Assembly (NCBI GenBank): GCA_964392085.1
Contig: CAYMOV010000002.1
Coordinates: 27,314-91,313, forward strand
Reading direction: 5' to 3'
Length of the DNA: 64,000 nucleotides
From: an uncultured bacterium
GTDB taxonomy: Bacteria > Oederibacteriota > Muellerivitia > Muellerivitales > Muellerivitaceae
This document shows positions 8,324 through 18,020 of the stretch, one piece after another. How positions within the stretch are numbered: the first letter of the stretch is position 1; each line of letters starts with the position of its first letter. The translations under genes were made by a program, and so were the position numbers. Under the pieces are notes generated by a model. That model ran no database searches, was not told where the DNA came from, and saw only the letters and a list, made by a program, of their open reading frames with translations.

Positions 8324-9703
8324 GTGGCGAACCATCGCCTGATCGTGTTGAGGCTTTTCGTCTTGTCCCTTCTCCTGGCCCTTCCGATGCTTGGGGGGCG
8401 AACCCGTATCCAACCGCTTTTGTTGGGCCTAGGTGGTTGCTCAAAACCCGCATCTTCCGCCGGGACTTACGCGCCGGGCGCGTTGGCCAGCCACTGGACC
8501 CCGACCCCCGCCCCGTCCCCGACGGCCACGCCCGTCGCCACCCCGACGGTTACCACGACCCCTACGCCGAATCCCTGCGCCTTCCCCTACGGCATTGACG
8601 TCCTCGGCCGGGTGGACGGGAAGGAGGCCGGGGCGTTTGAATCGCCTTTGGACCTATCCCGTCCCGCGACGATCCAAGCCATCCACTGCTACTCATCACG
8701 GGCCGAGACGGTCACGGCGGGCCTTTACGATTCCACCAATACCCTTGTGAGATCCGCCAGGTTGGTTTCGCGGGGTGCCGGGTGGTACACCGCGGATTTC
8801 CCCGTCACGCTGGGGCCCACCCGGTATTACCTGGGAAGATTTGGGACGGATGGGGGCCCCCGATTGTCCGACGAGGCGGGCATCGGCTGTTCCTTCGCCG
8901 ATACGGGGAACCTGCCCGAACGGTTCATCCCGACGGGTTCCTACGTCACTTTGGGGCTGCCCGTTTATTTGACGGGATGCAGGCCCCTGACGTTGTCGGG
9001 GAACCTGATCGGCATCGGGGACTCCATCCAGGAAGGGGTCGGGGCCTCGTCCATCGAGAGCTCCTATTTCAGGCGGTTCGGGTCGTGGTTGGCCGCCCAA
9101 TATGGGCCGGTCACCGCCGTCAACCTGGCGATCTCGGGGGTCAACTCGAAATGCGTGAGCGTCAATATCGACGTCCAGATGAAGGGCCGGGAGGTCGCGC
9201 TCTGCGTCCTGGAGGGCGGCGCCAAGAATTTCGAGAACCCCGGGCAACCGGGGATCTCCGATTGCGGGGGGGTGTCCCGGGCGGTGGGCTACACCAACGC
9301 GCTCATCTATGGGAATGACATGAGGCACGCCATCGACGTGGTCAAACGCCACCTTCTTCCCGGGGGGATGGTGCTCGTCATGAACAACTACGAGAACGAC
9401 GAATTCATCGAGCTGGTCCGACCCGGCTGGGACGATTACCCCGCCATCCTGCGGGCCTACAACCGGGCCTTGGCGAAGGTGGCCGCGGACACCGGCGTGA
9501 GGCTGGTCGACGTCTACACCTTGTTCAAGGACCACCCTTCCTATAGGAAAATGCCCGATCTGCACCCGAGCGACGCCGGCCACGCGGCCATCGCTGAACT
9601 GCTCAAGGAGTGCGTCGAAGCGCCCGGGCCTTCCGCCCCGGCGGCTTCGCCGAACGGCCCGCTCGCTCCGATCCCCACACCGGCCCCATCGGCCCAGCGG
9701 TGA
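8324..9703 (+). CDS. Secreted/lipoprotein SGNH (GDSL-like) hydrolase with Thr/Pro-rich linker
   Basis: GIGDSIQEG (GDS nucleophile block) and the C-terminal DxxH block LHPSDAGHAAIA. Lipobox-like LLGLGGC after a signal peptide. An ATG at 8387 is an alternative start. TPTPAPSPTATPVATPTVTTTPTP linker. Confidence 0.7.
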   Translation: MANHRLIVLRLFVLSLLLALPMLGGRTRIQPLLLGLGGCSKPASSAGTYAPGALASHWTPTPAPSPTATPVATPTVTTTPTPNPCAFPYGIDVLGRVDGKEAGAFESPLDLSRPATIQAIHCYSSRAETVTAGLYDSTNTLVRSARLVSRGAGWYTADFPVTLGPTRYYLGRFGTDGGPRLSDEAGIGCSFADTGNLPERFIPTGSYVTLGLPVYLTGCRPLTLSGNLIGIGDSIQEGVGASSIESSYFRRFGSWLAAQYGPVTAVNLAISGVNSKCVSVNIDVQMKGREVALCVLEGGAKNFENPGQPGISDCGGVSRAVGYTNALIYGNDMRHAIDVVKRHLLPGGMVLVMNNYENDEFIELVRPGWDDYPAILRAYNRALAKVAADTGVRLVDVYTLFKDHPSYRKMPDLHPSDAGHAAIAELLKECVEAPGPSAPAASPNGPLAPIPTPAPSAQR

Positions 9704-9978
9704 GGACGGCCTGGGTCTTTAGGTCATCGTTGCATGGGGCCGGCATGACTTCTTTTATCCTCAAAGACAAGCCTTAACACTGGGCCCGGCTTTTCATTTA
9801 AGCTTAAAACAAGCCATAACCCGTCCCTGATAACGAACTGCTTGTTGGACTAGCGACATTGGAATAACATGGCTGGCAATTAGCTGGTGTTTGAAGGATT
9901 GGGCTTCAGGCGTACGTTCGCCGAATGGAATCTTGATCCGTAAGCATTACATTCTGCAGGCAAAAAGGTCTAGGACGA

Positions 9979-12900
9979 ATGGGTATCCATCCGGGTGGTT
10001 TCACCAAACTGTTTCGGTTAATGATGGCTTTCATGGTTTGCGTGGTCCTCTCGGCACAGGTCGTCCATTGTTTTGCACAGGGAAGGCCCCCTTCCAACAC
10101 TCCCACGCCTTCTATGGACCCCTCGACCGGGCCGTCGAATCTCACCTTAACTTCAGTAGGTACCCGGGTGATTCTATCTTGGGACCCGCCGACGAATGGT
10201 TTATTGACCCAGCCGGATGGGTATCGTTTGTGGCGTGCCGTCCTTCCGGGGGAAGCCTATAACACGATTGATGGGATATCCTCCAACGCCGCGACGGCTT
10301 CCAGTCCGACAGCCCAGGACTCACCGGGATACGGGACTTGGTTCTATAAGGTGGAGGCCTATCACGCCACGGCCTCGGGGAATTATTCCCAGTTCTCGAA
10401 CGTGGTGGGAGTGAACATGGGTCAACATATGACCCCGACTCCCACGGCCGCCTCTGGGTTGGCTTATTCGCTGGTCCAACCCTTGTTGGCGAACACCAGC
10501 ACCTTTACCCGGACTCCGACGAGGACCTTCACGCCGACCGTCAATAGGACCGGCACGGCAACCTTCACGCGCACGAAGACAAACACCCCGACCATCACCC
10601 GAACCGGCACTTTCACCTTCACACCGACGAAGACGGGGACGCCTACCGTCACCCGAACCGGTACTGCAACTTTCACCCTCACGAAGACGTTTTCCCCGAC
10701 GATCACCCGAACCGGAACATTCACCTTCACACCGACGAAGACCGCCACGGTCACCTTCACCCCGACCAAAACCAATACCCCCACCCTCAACCGCACCGGA
10801 ACGCCTACCCCGACCCCGACGAGGACCGGCACCCGGACCAATACTCCCACGCGGACATCGACCAAAACCTTCACTCCCAGCTTTACCCCAACGCGAACAT
10901 TCACATCCACCTCAACCAAGACCTTTACATCCACCTGGACGAGTACCCCGACCCCGTCTTATTCCCCGACGCCGACTTCGACCCCCACCTTTACTTGGAC
11001 TTGGACCTACACTCCGTCGGCCACGTTCAGCGCCACCTCGACGACGACTAGGACAGACACCTCGACCATGACCTTTACCTATACACCGACCCCGAGCGAA
11101 ACATTCACACCTACCGACACTTTCACCTTTACTTCAACATTTACCCTTACCGACACTTTTTCCCCAACGGATACGCCCACCTCTACGCCGACTTCCACCT
11201 GCACAGATACCCCCACTTCAAGTGATACCTTTACCCCGACCTGGACCGATTCGGCGACTCCAACAGGGACCGACACTTTCACTTCGACCTTTTCCTTCAC
11301 ACCGACACCGACCGACACGAATACGGCATCCCCCACCGATACAACTACGAATACCTTCACAGCCACTCCTACTTGGACCATCACGGATACCCCTACCTTA
11401 ACCGCAACCTCCACATGGACAGGAACCGATACGGACACCTTCACGCCTGTCGACACGAGCACGAATACAACAACTCCGACCATTGCCTCTACAGCCACAG
11501 TGACCCCAACCCGTACCGCAACGGCGACCAACACCCCCTCGAATACTATGACCTTGACCCTAACGCCCTCCAATACTCCAGCGGCTTTACCGCCCGGAAC
11601 GAATTTTGTCGGCAACCAGGCCCCGGTGGATGGTTATGACGACTTCCTGATGATGTCCCCGACGAGCCAAGGTAGTGTGCGCTTTACTTCGAGGCAAAGC
11701 GGGACCTTGACGTTTGTCATGGTTTACTTCAGCCAAGCGACGGGATCCCCGTTTTATTACGCGGAAATCCAGGGAGATAACGCCGGTGTTCCGAATGGAA
11801 TTGTTTTAGGTTCCTCTTCGACCTACCTCCTCGGCAGTAACCAATGGATCATGTTGATGTTCGGCTCTACGCATTTGACGGCTGGTACGGTGTACCACTT
11901 GGTCATGCGTGCCGGGACGGTCGACCCCTCGAACTACGCGACTTGGCGGATCGGGACGAGCCCCGGGCATCATTTATTCCCCTATGACCAAGTCGCGGAT
12001 CCAAACCAAGGGACCGCAAAGAATCTTGGTGCTGGGTGGGTGGCCTCGTCGGAACAGCCTGTGTTCGACCTTGTGTTTGGAGCATATCCATATTCTTTTG
12101 ACGGAAATCCATATTCAGTGGGGACCGAATACCAGGTGAACTCCGGTTCATTCTTGGGGGAACGGTTCGTGGTGGCAGCGGCGCCTCTGACACTGCAAGG
12201 GGTGGGTGCTTATGTGAAGAAGGTGGGGTCGCCCACGGCGGATCTCAATTGGCAGATTAAATCGGAATCCAATGGGGCTACTGTGGCTTCAGGGACTCTA
12301 GTTAATGCGGGAGCGGCCCCGGGTACCTACCAATGGGTTGATGCGTCGGCGTCCGTGACGCTGGGAACCGGAATTTACCGATTTGTTTTATTGTCGGGAA
12401 CGGCGCCCGGTTCGGATTATCGGTGGATATCTGGAAATATCGGCGGTGGCGGTGGATTCGGATCAACCCCATTAACCTATGGTGGTGAGACTGCTAGGGC
12501 CGGTCAGTCGTTTGACGGCATCAACTGGTCTGATTTTACGAGTGGCCAGGGATATAACGACGACTTCGCTTTCAGGCTCTTGCAGTCGACGGTTGCCGTG
12601 ACCCCGACACCCACCCCGACGGCGTTGCCGCCCGGGATGGATTTCGTGGGGAACCAGGCGCCTGTGGACGGATATGACGAGTTTCCCATGATGAACCAGG
12701 CCTACCAGGGAAGCATTCGCTTCACGGCCAGGCGAACGGATGCGTTGAATATTGTCTGGCTGTATTTCAGCCAGTCAACGGGCGGCCAATATGTCGTGGA
12801 AATCCAGGCGGACAACGCCGGTGTTCCAAGTGGGACGGCGCTGGCAAGGTCAGTGACTTTTTACGGAAATTACGGATGGACAATGGCGAGTTTCTCGCCC

Positions 12901-14523
12901 ATGCCGAACCTGACTGCCGAGTCGGTGTACCACCTGGTTTTGAAAGCGAGTTCGGTCAATGCGACCAGCTACGCGACGTGGCGGCTGGGGTCGAGTCCGG
13001 GACACCATTTGTATCCCTATGATCAGGTTTTGGATCCAAACCAAGCAACCTTGAAAAACGTAGGAGTGGGGTGGGCAACCTCGGTGGATCAGCCAATTTT
13101 CGCTTTAACGTATGGCGTATACCCGAATTTCAACTATGACGGAAACCCCTATGGAATCGGGACTGAATACCGGGTGAATGCCAGTTCATACTTGGGGGAG
13201 AGGTTCGTAGTGGCTGCGGCGCCGCTGACCCTGCAAGGGGTGGGTGCTTATGTGAAGAAGGTGGGAGTCCCGACTGCGGATCTACAGTGGCAGATTCAGA
13301 GGGAGTCAGACGGGACAACGGTTGTCTCGGGGACACTGGTCACGGCGGGCTCCGCGCCTGGGGCGTACCAGTGGGTGGATGCACCTACGACCGGGATCGT
13401 GCCAACCGGTGTATACCGGTTCGTCTTGTTGTCGGGTACCAATCCCGGAACTGATTACCGGTGGATTTCTGGAGGGGGAGAAGCTCTGCCGGGCGCATCC
13501 TCGATGACGTATGACGGGGATCGCGGGCGAGCCGTGACGTCGGCGACAGGGACCAATTGGATGAACATCAGCTATCTCGGATACACCAACGACGACTTCG
13601 CGTTCCGCATCCTACGGTCGACGGTTGCCGCGACCCCGACTGACACCCCGACATTTACCGCCACACCGAGTATAACTCCGACCCTAGATCCAACTGATAC
13701 CCCCTTCTTGACATCGACGCAGACCCCTACCGCTACCACGACTATTGATTTGAACCAAACCCCAAGTTTTACCGCGACCGCTGAATTGACCGATACGCCA
13801 ACCATTATTCCCCCCCTTACCTCGACTGACACGGCGACATCGACCATCCAATTAACGGTGACCTCCACTGAAACGCCAACAATGCAAAATACATACACGG
13901 AAACACCCACTTATACCGCCACACCCACCACCACCCCGCATACTTCTCCTACAAGCGCCATGACTCCACCACCGGGTGTTTATTGGGATTTGGCGGAATT
14001 CGGGAGATATCGACAAGCCGGCATAACACTCATATTCACTAATTTGCAGATATCCGCCAACAGAAGGCCGGATCCCACTGCGAGCGTGACCCTGACAACC
14101 CCCTTGGGGCCTGTGCCACTGGTTAACTTCATGAATACAGACACCTATTCTCATTTTTCTCCCTCGGGGGGTGTGTCTTATATACCAGGCGGAACCTACA
14201 TTCTCACAACCGTTACGTCGGCGGGCACCGCCGCCGCCACGTTGGTCGCACCCGGTGGAAATATTGTGATCACGCCGGATGGGAAGTCGGCCACATGGGA
14301 TGTTGAAGGGAATGAGGATTATTTATTCGACAACCAATTTGCTTCCTACAACGTCACGTCAGATATCGATTCGCCCTACAGCATTCCTGATTTGGCCTAT
14401 CCAGCCGCAGGGACCTATAATGTGTCGTTGTATTCACAAAACACGACCTATAACGTGAGCGGGGTTAGTGTGCCATGCCGTTTCACCATTAAAGATTCGC
14501 TTACGGTGCCAGTCGTTAAATAA
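9979..14523 (+). CDS. Giant secreted Thr-rich surface protein: signal peptide, FN3-like domain, Thr-rich 18-aa tandem repeats, two copies of a ~345-aa module of unknown fold, a second Thr-rich linker, C-terminal domain
   Basis: 1514-aa ORF. N-terminal hydrophobic signal (MMAFMVCVVLSAQVVHCFAQG). FN3-like LTLTSVGTRVILSWDPP...WFYKVEAYH. Repeats TxTKTxTPTxTRTGTxTF. Duplicated module NQAPVDGYD...DDFAFR(L/I)L. Confidence 0.8.
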   Translation: MGIHPGGFTKLFRLMMAFMVCVVLSAQVVHCFAQGRPPSNTPTPSMDPSTGPSNLTLTSVGTRVILSWDPPTNGLLTQPDGYRLWRAVLPGEAYNTIDGISSNAATASSPTAQDSPGYGTWFYKVEAYHATASGNYSQFSNVVGVNMGQHMTPTPTAASGLAYSLVQPLLANTSTFTRTPTRTFTPTVNRTGTATFTRTKTNTPTITRTGTFTFTPTKTGTPTVTRTGTATFTLTKTFSPTITRTGTFTFTPTKTATVTFTPTKTNTPTLNRTGTPTPTPTRTGTRTNTPTRTSTKTFTPSFTPTRTFTSTSTKTFTSTWTSTPTPSYSPTPTSTPTFTWTWTYTPSATFSATSTTTRTDTSTMTFTYTPTPSETFTPTDTFTFTSTFTLTDTFSPTDTPTSTPTSTCTDTPTSSDTFTPTWTDSATPTGTDTFTSTFSFTPTPTDTNTASPTDTTTNTFTATPTWTITDTPTLTATSTWTGTDTDTFTPVDTSTNTTTPTIASTATVTPTRTATATNTPSNTMTLTLTPSNTPAALPPGTNFVGNQAPVDGYDDFLMMSPTSQGSVRFTSRQSGTLTFVMVYFSQATGSPFYYAEIQGDNAGVPNGIVLGSSSTYLLGSNQWIMLMFGSTHLTAGTVYHLVMRAGTVDPSNYATWRIGTSPGHHLFPYDQVADPNQGTAKNLGAGWVASSEQPVFDLVFGAYPYSFDGNPYSVGTEYQVNSGSFLGERFVVAAAPLTLQGVGAYVKKVGSPTADLNWQIKSESNGATVASGTLVNAGAAPGTYQWVDASASVTLGTGIYRFVLLSGTAPGSDYRWISGNIGGGGGFGSTPLTYGGETARAGQSFDGINWSDFTSGQGYNDDFAFRLLQSTVAVTPTPTPTALPPGMDFVGNQAPVDGYDEFPMMNQAYQGSIRFTARRTDALNIVWLYFSQSTGGQYVVEIQADNAGVPSGTALARSVTFYGNYGWTMASFSPMPNLTAESVYHLVLKASSVNATSYATWRLGSSPGHHLYPYDQVLDPNQATLKNVGVGWATSVDQPIFALTYGVYPNFNYDGNPYGIGTEYRVNASSYLGERFVVAAAPLTLQGVGAYVKKVGVPTADLQWQIQRESDGTTVVSGTLVTAGSAPGAYQWVDAPTTGIVPTGVYRFVLLSGTNPGTDYRWISGGGEALPGASSMTYDGDRGRAVTSATGTNWMNISYLGYTNDDFAFRILRSTVAATPTDTPTFTATPSITPTLDPTDTPFLTSTQTPTATTTIDLNQTPSFTATAELTDTPTIIPPLTSTDTATSTIQLTVTSTETPTMQNTYTETPTYTATPTTTPHTSPTSAMTPPPGVYWDLAEFGRYRQAGITLIFTNLQISANRRPDPTASVTLTTPLGPVPLVNFMNTDTYSHFSPSGGVSYIPGGTYILTTVTSAGTAAATLVAPGGNIVITPDGKSATWDVEGNEDYLFDNQFASYNVTSDIDSPYSIPDLAYPAAGTYNVSLYSQNTTYNVSGVSVPCRFTIKDSLTVPVVK
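10500..11580 (+). repeat. Coding tandem repeat (about 54-bp period, Thr/Pro codon-rich) inside the giant surface protein gene
   Basis: Periodic ACC/ACG/CCG-rich units encoding T(R/P)TKTxTPT(I/V)TRTGT(A/F)TF. Decays into irregular Thr-rich low complexity. The minus strand reads as Val-rich shadow ORFs. Confidence 0.8.
11581..12615 (+). repeat. Copy 1 of an internally duplicated ~1.03 kb coding module (ALPPGTNFVGNQAPVDGYDDF ... FAFRLLQSTVAVTPTPTPT)
   Basis: About 60% amino-acid identity to copy 2 over about 345 aa, with collinear conserved blocks (GSPGHH(L/F)(Y/F)PYDQV, GERFVVAAAPLTLQGVGAYVKKVG, YRFVLLSGT). Confidence 0.8.
12620..13650 (+). repeat. Copy 2 of the duplicated module (ALPPGMDFVGNQAPVDGYDEF ... 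FAFRILRSTVAATPTDTPT)
   Basis: See copy 1. A near-identical 24-aa stretch GERFVVAAAPLTLQGVGAYVKKVG is shared. Confidence 0.8.
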
Positions 14524-14599
14524 ACCTACGATTTCCTTTGGGGCCAAAATGCCCCGATGCCAATTTCGTTGGAACTTTCGTCGTGCCATCTGCGATTTT

Positions 14600-14623
14600 T
14601 TTCGGTGACTGAAATTTGAACGA
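14600..14623 (+). promoter_or_regulatory. Degenerate copy of the TTTAAATG-N7-TTTGAACGA motif (TTTCGGTG-ACTGAAA-TTTGAACGA) in the AT-rich region upstream of the TPR/Exb operon
   Basis: TTTGAACGA is exact and the upstream half-site is 5/8. Sits about 200-400 bp upstream of the first operon gene. Confidence 0.35.
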
Positions 14624-15023
14624 CTTCCAAAATTCGATTTCCCCGATATTCAACTATCTGGATCCCAATGCGGAAATGCCCAAGGCTCCTCATTCCTTGT
14701 CCTTTAAATTGAAAAAGCCTGAAATGTTCTGCTGGTTATGGCGTGACTGATTACTGCGTCCCTGGAATCATTGAGGGTGTTTTGTAATAACCGAATGAAT
14801 TTACGGCGGGTCATAGGTGGACTCCGATGGGGTTGGGATTTTAAGCAATGGCTATTGTTCAAGGAGACCCCTGGGGCCCATAGGGGCTGGAACAGTGGGG
14901 CCGGGCAGGGGTCCTAGGGGGTGGAGCGGGGCCTCATTCCAGGCGCTTTCTGCTTCTAGGGGGCCCCAAGGGTGGGTATACTGGCCCACGAAACCACCAT
15001 CCTTGGGGGCGCAAAGACCCATC

Positions 15024-18020
15024 GTGATCCCGGAGAAAAGCCTGAAAGCCTCCTCCTTACCTATACGCCAAGTCCTGGCGCTTCTTCTCCTATTTGCGCC
15101 AGGCGGCATGGCCTGGGCCGCCGGTCCCTCGCCCATGGAAGAAGGCAAGGTCCTCCTTAAGGCTCGGGCCTACAAGTTAGCCCTGGAGCGGTTCTTGACC
15201 GCCGGGGAACGGTCCTCCGACGCCAGCGCCAAGGCCGAGGCCTTCCGCTTGGTGGCGGAAGCCCAGTTCCGGGCCAAGGATTTCGAGGCGGCCTATGAGG
15301 CCAGCCGACAGGCGATCCGGCTCGAGCCCCTCAGCTCCGCCGCCGACGATTCCGAGTTCCGCGCCGCCATCTCCCAGATCCACCTCCATGAGTTCCACTC
15401 CGCCCAGGCCGCATTGGAACGTTACCAGGCGACCCATCCCCACGGGGACCGGGCTTCCGACGTCCGGTTCTGGATCGGGGAATGCCTGTTCCAAACCGGA
15501 AAGTCCGCTGACGCCCAGGACCAGTACCGGAAGATCCTCGAGACTGACCCCAAGTACGCCCATACGGACCTCGTGCGGTTCCTCAACGCCTGGTGCTCCT
15601 ACCGGCTCGGCGCCTTCGAGGAGGCCCGCGAGGGCTTCGCCACGGCGCGGGACACCACGCTCGACCCGGCGCTCCAGAAACTGGCTTCCTTCCAGGTGGC
15701 CGAGGCGGATTACCGGTTGGGGCATTTCAAGGACGCCTCCGAAGGTTACTCGGCCTTCATGGACAAGTACCCGGGCGATTCGCTGGAACCCGCCGCACTT
15801 TATGGCTCAGGTTGGTCCAAGGCGAAGCTGAACGATTCCGCCGGAGCCCAGGCGGCGTTCGGCAAGGTCGTGTCGGGTTGGGGCTCCCATCCCCTGGCCC
15901 CCTGGGCCGCGGTTCGGCAGGGCGTCAACGCCACCCTCGCGGGGAAGACCGACGACGCCCGGGCGGCCTACGGCAAGGCCCTCGACCTGGCGGCGGGCAA
16001 GCCGCCCGCGGACCAGGCCGCCTTCGGCCTGGGTTGGATCGACTTCAAGGACGGCAAACGGAAGGACGCGGCCGAACATTTCCGTTTGACGGCGAATTTC
16101 CAGCCCGAGAGCCCCCTGAAGAACGACGCGACTTACCTGTTGGCGGGCTGCCTCTACCTTGACGGTAAGACCGACGACGCGCTTCCTTACTATGAGCGCC
16201 TGGCCCAGGCGAAGGCGGGTGAGTTGTCCACCGCCTCCGCCTATTGGAGCGGTTGGTGCTATTACGCCCAGGGCCGCGCGAAGGACGCCTTGGACCGTTT
16301 CCTCAAGCCGCCCGCCGGGATCGGGAGCCCCTGGAAGGCCCGGTTCCTCTGGGCCGCCGCCGAGTCCGCCTACCGGTCCGGCGATAAGGCCCAGGCGCGG
16401 CGCCTTTACCAAAAGTCCCTCGATGTCCCCAACAGCCCGGTGGCCCAAGAGGCCTGGCTTGGGTTGGGTTGGTGCTGGTTCGACGACGAGAACTACGATG
16501 AGGCCTACAAGGCGTTCCAAAAAGCCGCAGCCGCCAAAAGCGGTAATTCCGCCTCGGTGGAGGCCCGCCTCCGGGCAGGAGATTGCCTCTACAACCTGCA
16601 CCGTTACGGTGAGGCGGAGGGAGCCTACAAGGCCCTGGCGGATTCCAAACCCGGGGGCGACACCGAATTGGACGCCCTGGAACAATGGGGCTGGTGCGCC
16701 TACCGACAGGACCGTTACGGCGACGCGGACAGCCGGTGGAAGGCCCTGCTGGCCAAGCCTGAGGCGGCGGACCGGGCACCCCGGCTGAGGTATTGGATCG
16801 CCTGGTCGAAGTTCCGCGCCAAGAAATTCGAGGAGGCCGCCGACGCCTTCCAACAGGTCCTGGACAAGGACCCGGACCATCCCCTGGCCGCCGAGGCGCT
16901 CCTGCGGATCGGCGACTGCTATTTCAACCTGGGCCGCTTCAACAAGTCCCTCGAGACCTACCAGAAGTTCCTCAAGGCCTACCCCGACCACCGGCTCCTG
17001 CCGGACGCCCTCTACGGGGTGCAATGGTCCTACGAAAAGATGGGGAAGAAGGGGGAGGCGGCCAAGGCCGCCCAGCAATTCCTGGTCGATTACCCCAAGT
17101 CCGCATTCGCCCCCGAGGTCCAATACCGCTTGGCCGACACCCTTTACCACGACGAGAAGTTCGACAAGGCCGCGGCGGCCTACCAGGAACTGCTCGACAA
17201 GTACCCCAAGAGCGCCCAGGCCCCCCGGGCCCTGTTCTGGCTCGGCACGGCCCAGGTGAAGATCGACAAGCTTTACGAGGCCTCCCTGACCTTCAAGAAG
17301 CTCCTGTCCGACTTCCCCGACGATCCCCTCACCCTCGAGGGGCGCTTCAGCCTGGGGTCGGTTTACTTCCAACAGAAGGACTACCTGAACGCCTTGGACG
17401 CCTACCGGTACGTGTCCGACAAGTTCCCGACCCACCGGTTGGCGCCCCACGCCCTCTTCAACGCGGCCATCTGCGCCAAGGAAATGCACCAGGAGGACCG
17501 CGCCCTCAAGATGTTCGAGCGCCTGAGGGTGGAGCACGCCGCCGATCCCCTGGCCGACGAGGCCTCCCTCCAGTCGGGCATCCTGCTGGAACAGGCGGGG
17601 CGTCTCCCCGAGGCCTTGGCGGCCTACGACCAGGCCAAAAAGATCCCGAAGGAATCGTTGGCCGTGGAGGCCACCTACGACCACGCCCAGCTCCAGATGA
17701 CGATGAAGAACTACGACGCGGCGGCCGAGGAGTTCAACTTCCTCACGATCCATTACCCCAAACAGGACCAATGGGTGGTGACGGCCTTCGCGAGGATCGC
17801 GGAGTGCTATGAGGCCCAGTCCAAATACCAGAAGGCCGCGGACACCTATAAGCGCATCCTGAAATACACCGGCGTTAAGGAATGGCGTGATTCCGCCCAG
17901 AAACGCCTGGACGCCCTCCAACCCTTCCTCACCCCGACGCCCGGCGTACCGGGCGGGACACCCGCCAAAGCAAAAAAGAAACCCGCCAAGAAGCGCAAGA
18001 AGGCGGTGGCGAAACCATGA
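15024..18020 (+). CDS. Large tetratricopeptide-repeat (TPR) protein with signal peptide, about 1000 aa, Lys-rich C-terminus
   Basis: A GTG at 15024 gives a classic signal peptide (IPEKSLKASSLPIRQVLALLLLFAPGGMAWA/AGP). The ORF is open from an ATG at 14817, but that upstream part is Gly/Pro-rich and looks non-coding. Many TPR-like motifs (Y..A...Y..LL..YP). C-terminal KAKKKPAKKRKKAVAKP. Its stop overlaps the next start (ATGA at 18017). Confidence 0.7.
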   Translation: MIPEKSLKASSLPIRQVLALLLLFAPGGMAWAAGPSPMEEGKVLLKARAYKLALERFLTAGERSSDASAKAEAFRLVAEAQFRAKDFEAAYEASRQAIRLEPLSSAADDSEFRAAISQIHLHEFHSAQAALERYQATHPHGDRASDVRFWIGECLFQTGKSADAQDQYRKILETDPKYAHTDLVRFLNAWCSYRLGAFEEAREGFATARDTTLDPALQKLASFQVAEADYRLGHFKDASEGYSAFMDKYPGDSLEPAALYGSGWSKAKLNDSAGAQAAFGKVVSGWGSHPLAPWAAVRQGVNATLAGKTDDARAAYGKALDLAAGKPPADQAAFGLGWIDFKDGKRKDAAEHFRLTANFQPESPLKNDATYLLAGCLYLDGKTDDALPYYERLAQAKAGELSTASAYWSGWCYYAQGRAKDALDRFLKPPAGIGSPWKARFLWAAAESAYRSGDKAQARRLYQKSLDVPNSPVAQEAWLGLGWCWFDDENYDEAYKAFQKAAAAKSGNSASVEARLRAGDCLYNLHRYGEAEGAYKALADSKPGGDTELDALEQWGWCAYRQDRYGDADSRWKALLAKPEAADRAPRLRYWIAWSKFRAKKFEEAADAFQQVLDKDPDHPLAAEALLRIGDCYFNLGRFNKSLETYQKFLKAYPDHRLLPDALYGVQWSYEKMGKKGEAAKAAQQFLVDYPKSAFAPEVQYRLADTLYHDEKFDKAAAAYQELLDKYPKSAQAPRALFWLGTAQVKIDKLYEASLTFKKLLSDFPDDPLTLEGRFSLGSVYFQQKDYLNALDAYRYVSDKFPTHRLAPHALFNAAICAKEMHQEDRALKMFERLRVEHAADPLADEASLQSGILLEQAGRLPEALAAYDQAKKIPKESLAVEATYDHAQLQMTMKNYDAAAEEFNFLTIHYPKQDQWVVTAFARIAECYEAQSKYQKAADTYKRILKYTGVKEWRDSAQKRLDALQPFLTPTPGVPGGTPAKAKKKPAKKRKKAVAKP

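Noticed and set aside
6470-8413. 647-aa minus-strand ORF antisense to rpsA
   Set aside because: High-GC shadow frame. The plus-strand S1 protein is unambiguous.
10500-11580. Possible CRISPR array suggested by short periodic repeats
   Set aside because: The repeats are in-frame coding units (54-bp period) with no unique spacers and no cas genes. It is a protein tandem repeat, not CRISPR.
10464-11615. Val/Gly-rich minus-strand ORFs (VGVKV repeats) inside the giant gene
   Set aside because: They are the reverse-complement reading of the Thr-codon tandem repeats, so they are an artefact of repeat composition.
14817-15023. N-terminal extension of the TPR gene from the ATG at 14817
   Set aside because: The translation (GPIGAGTVGPGRGPRGWSG...) looks like GC-rich non-coding sequence. 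A GTG at 15024 yields a canonical signal peptide, so the extension was judged unlikely, though not excluded.
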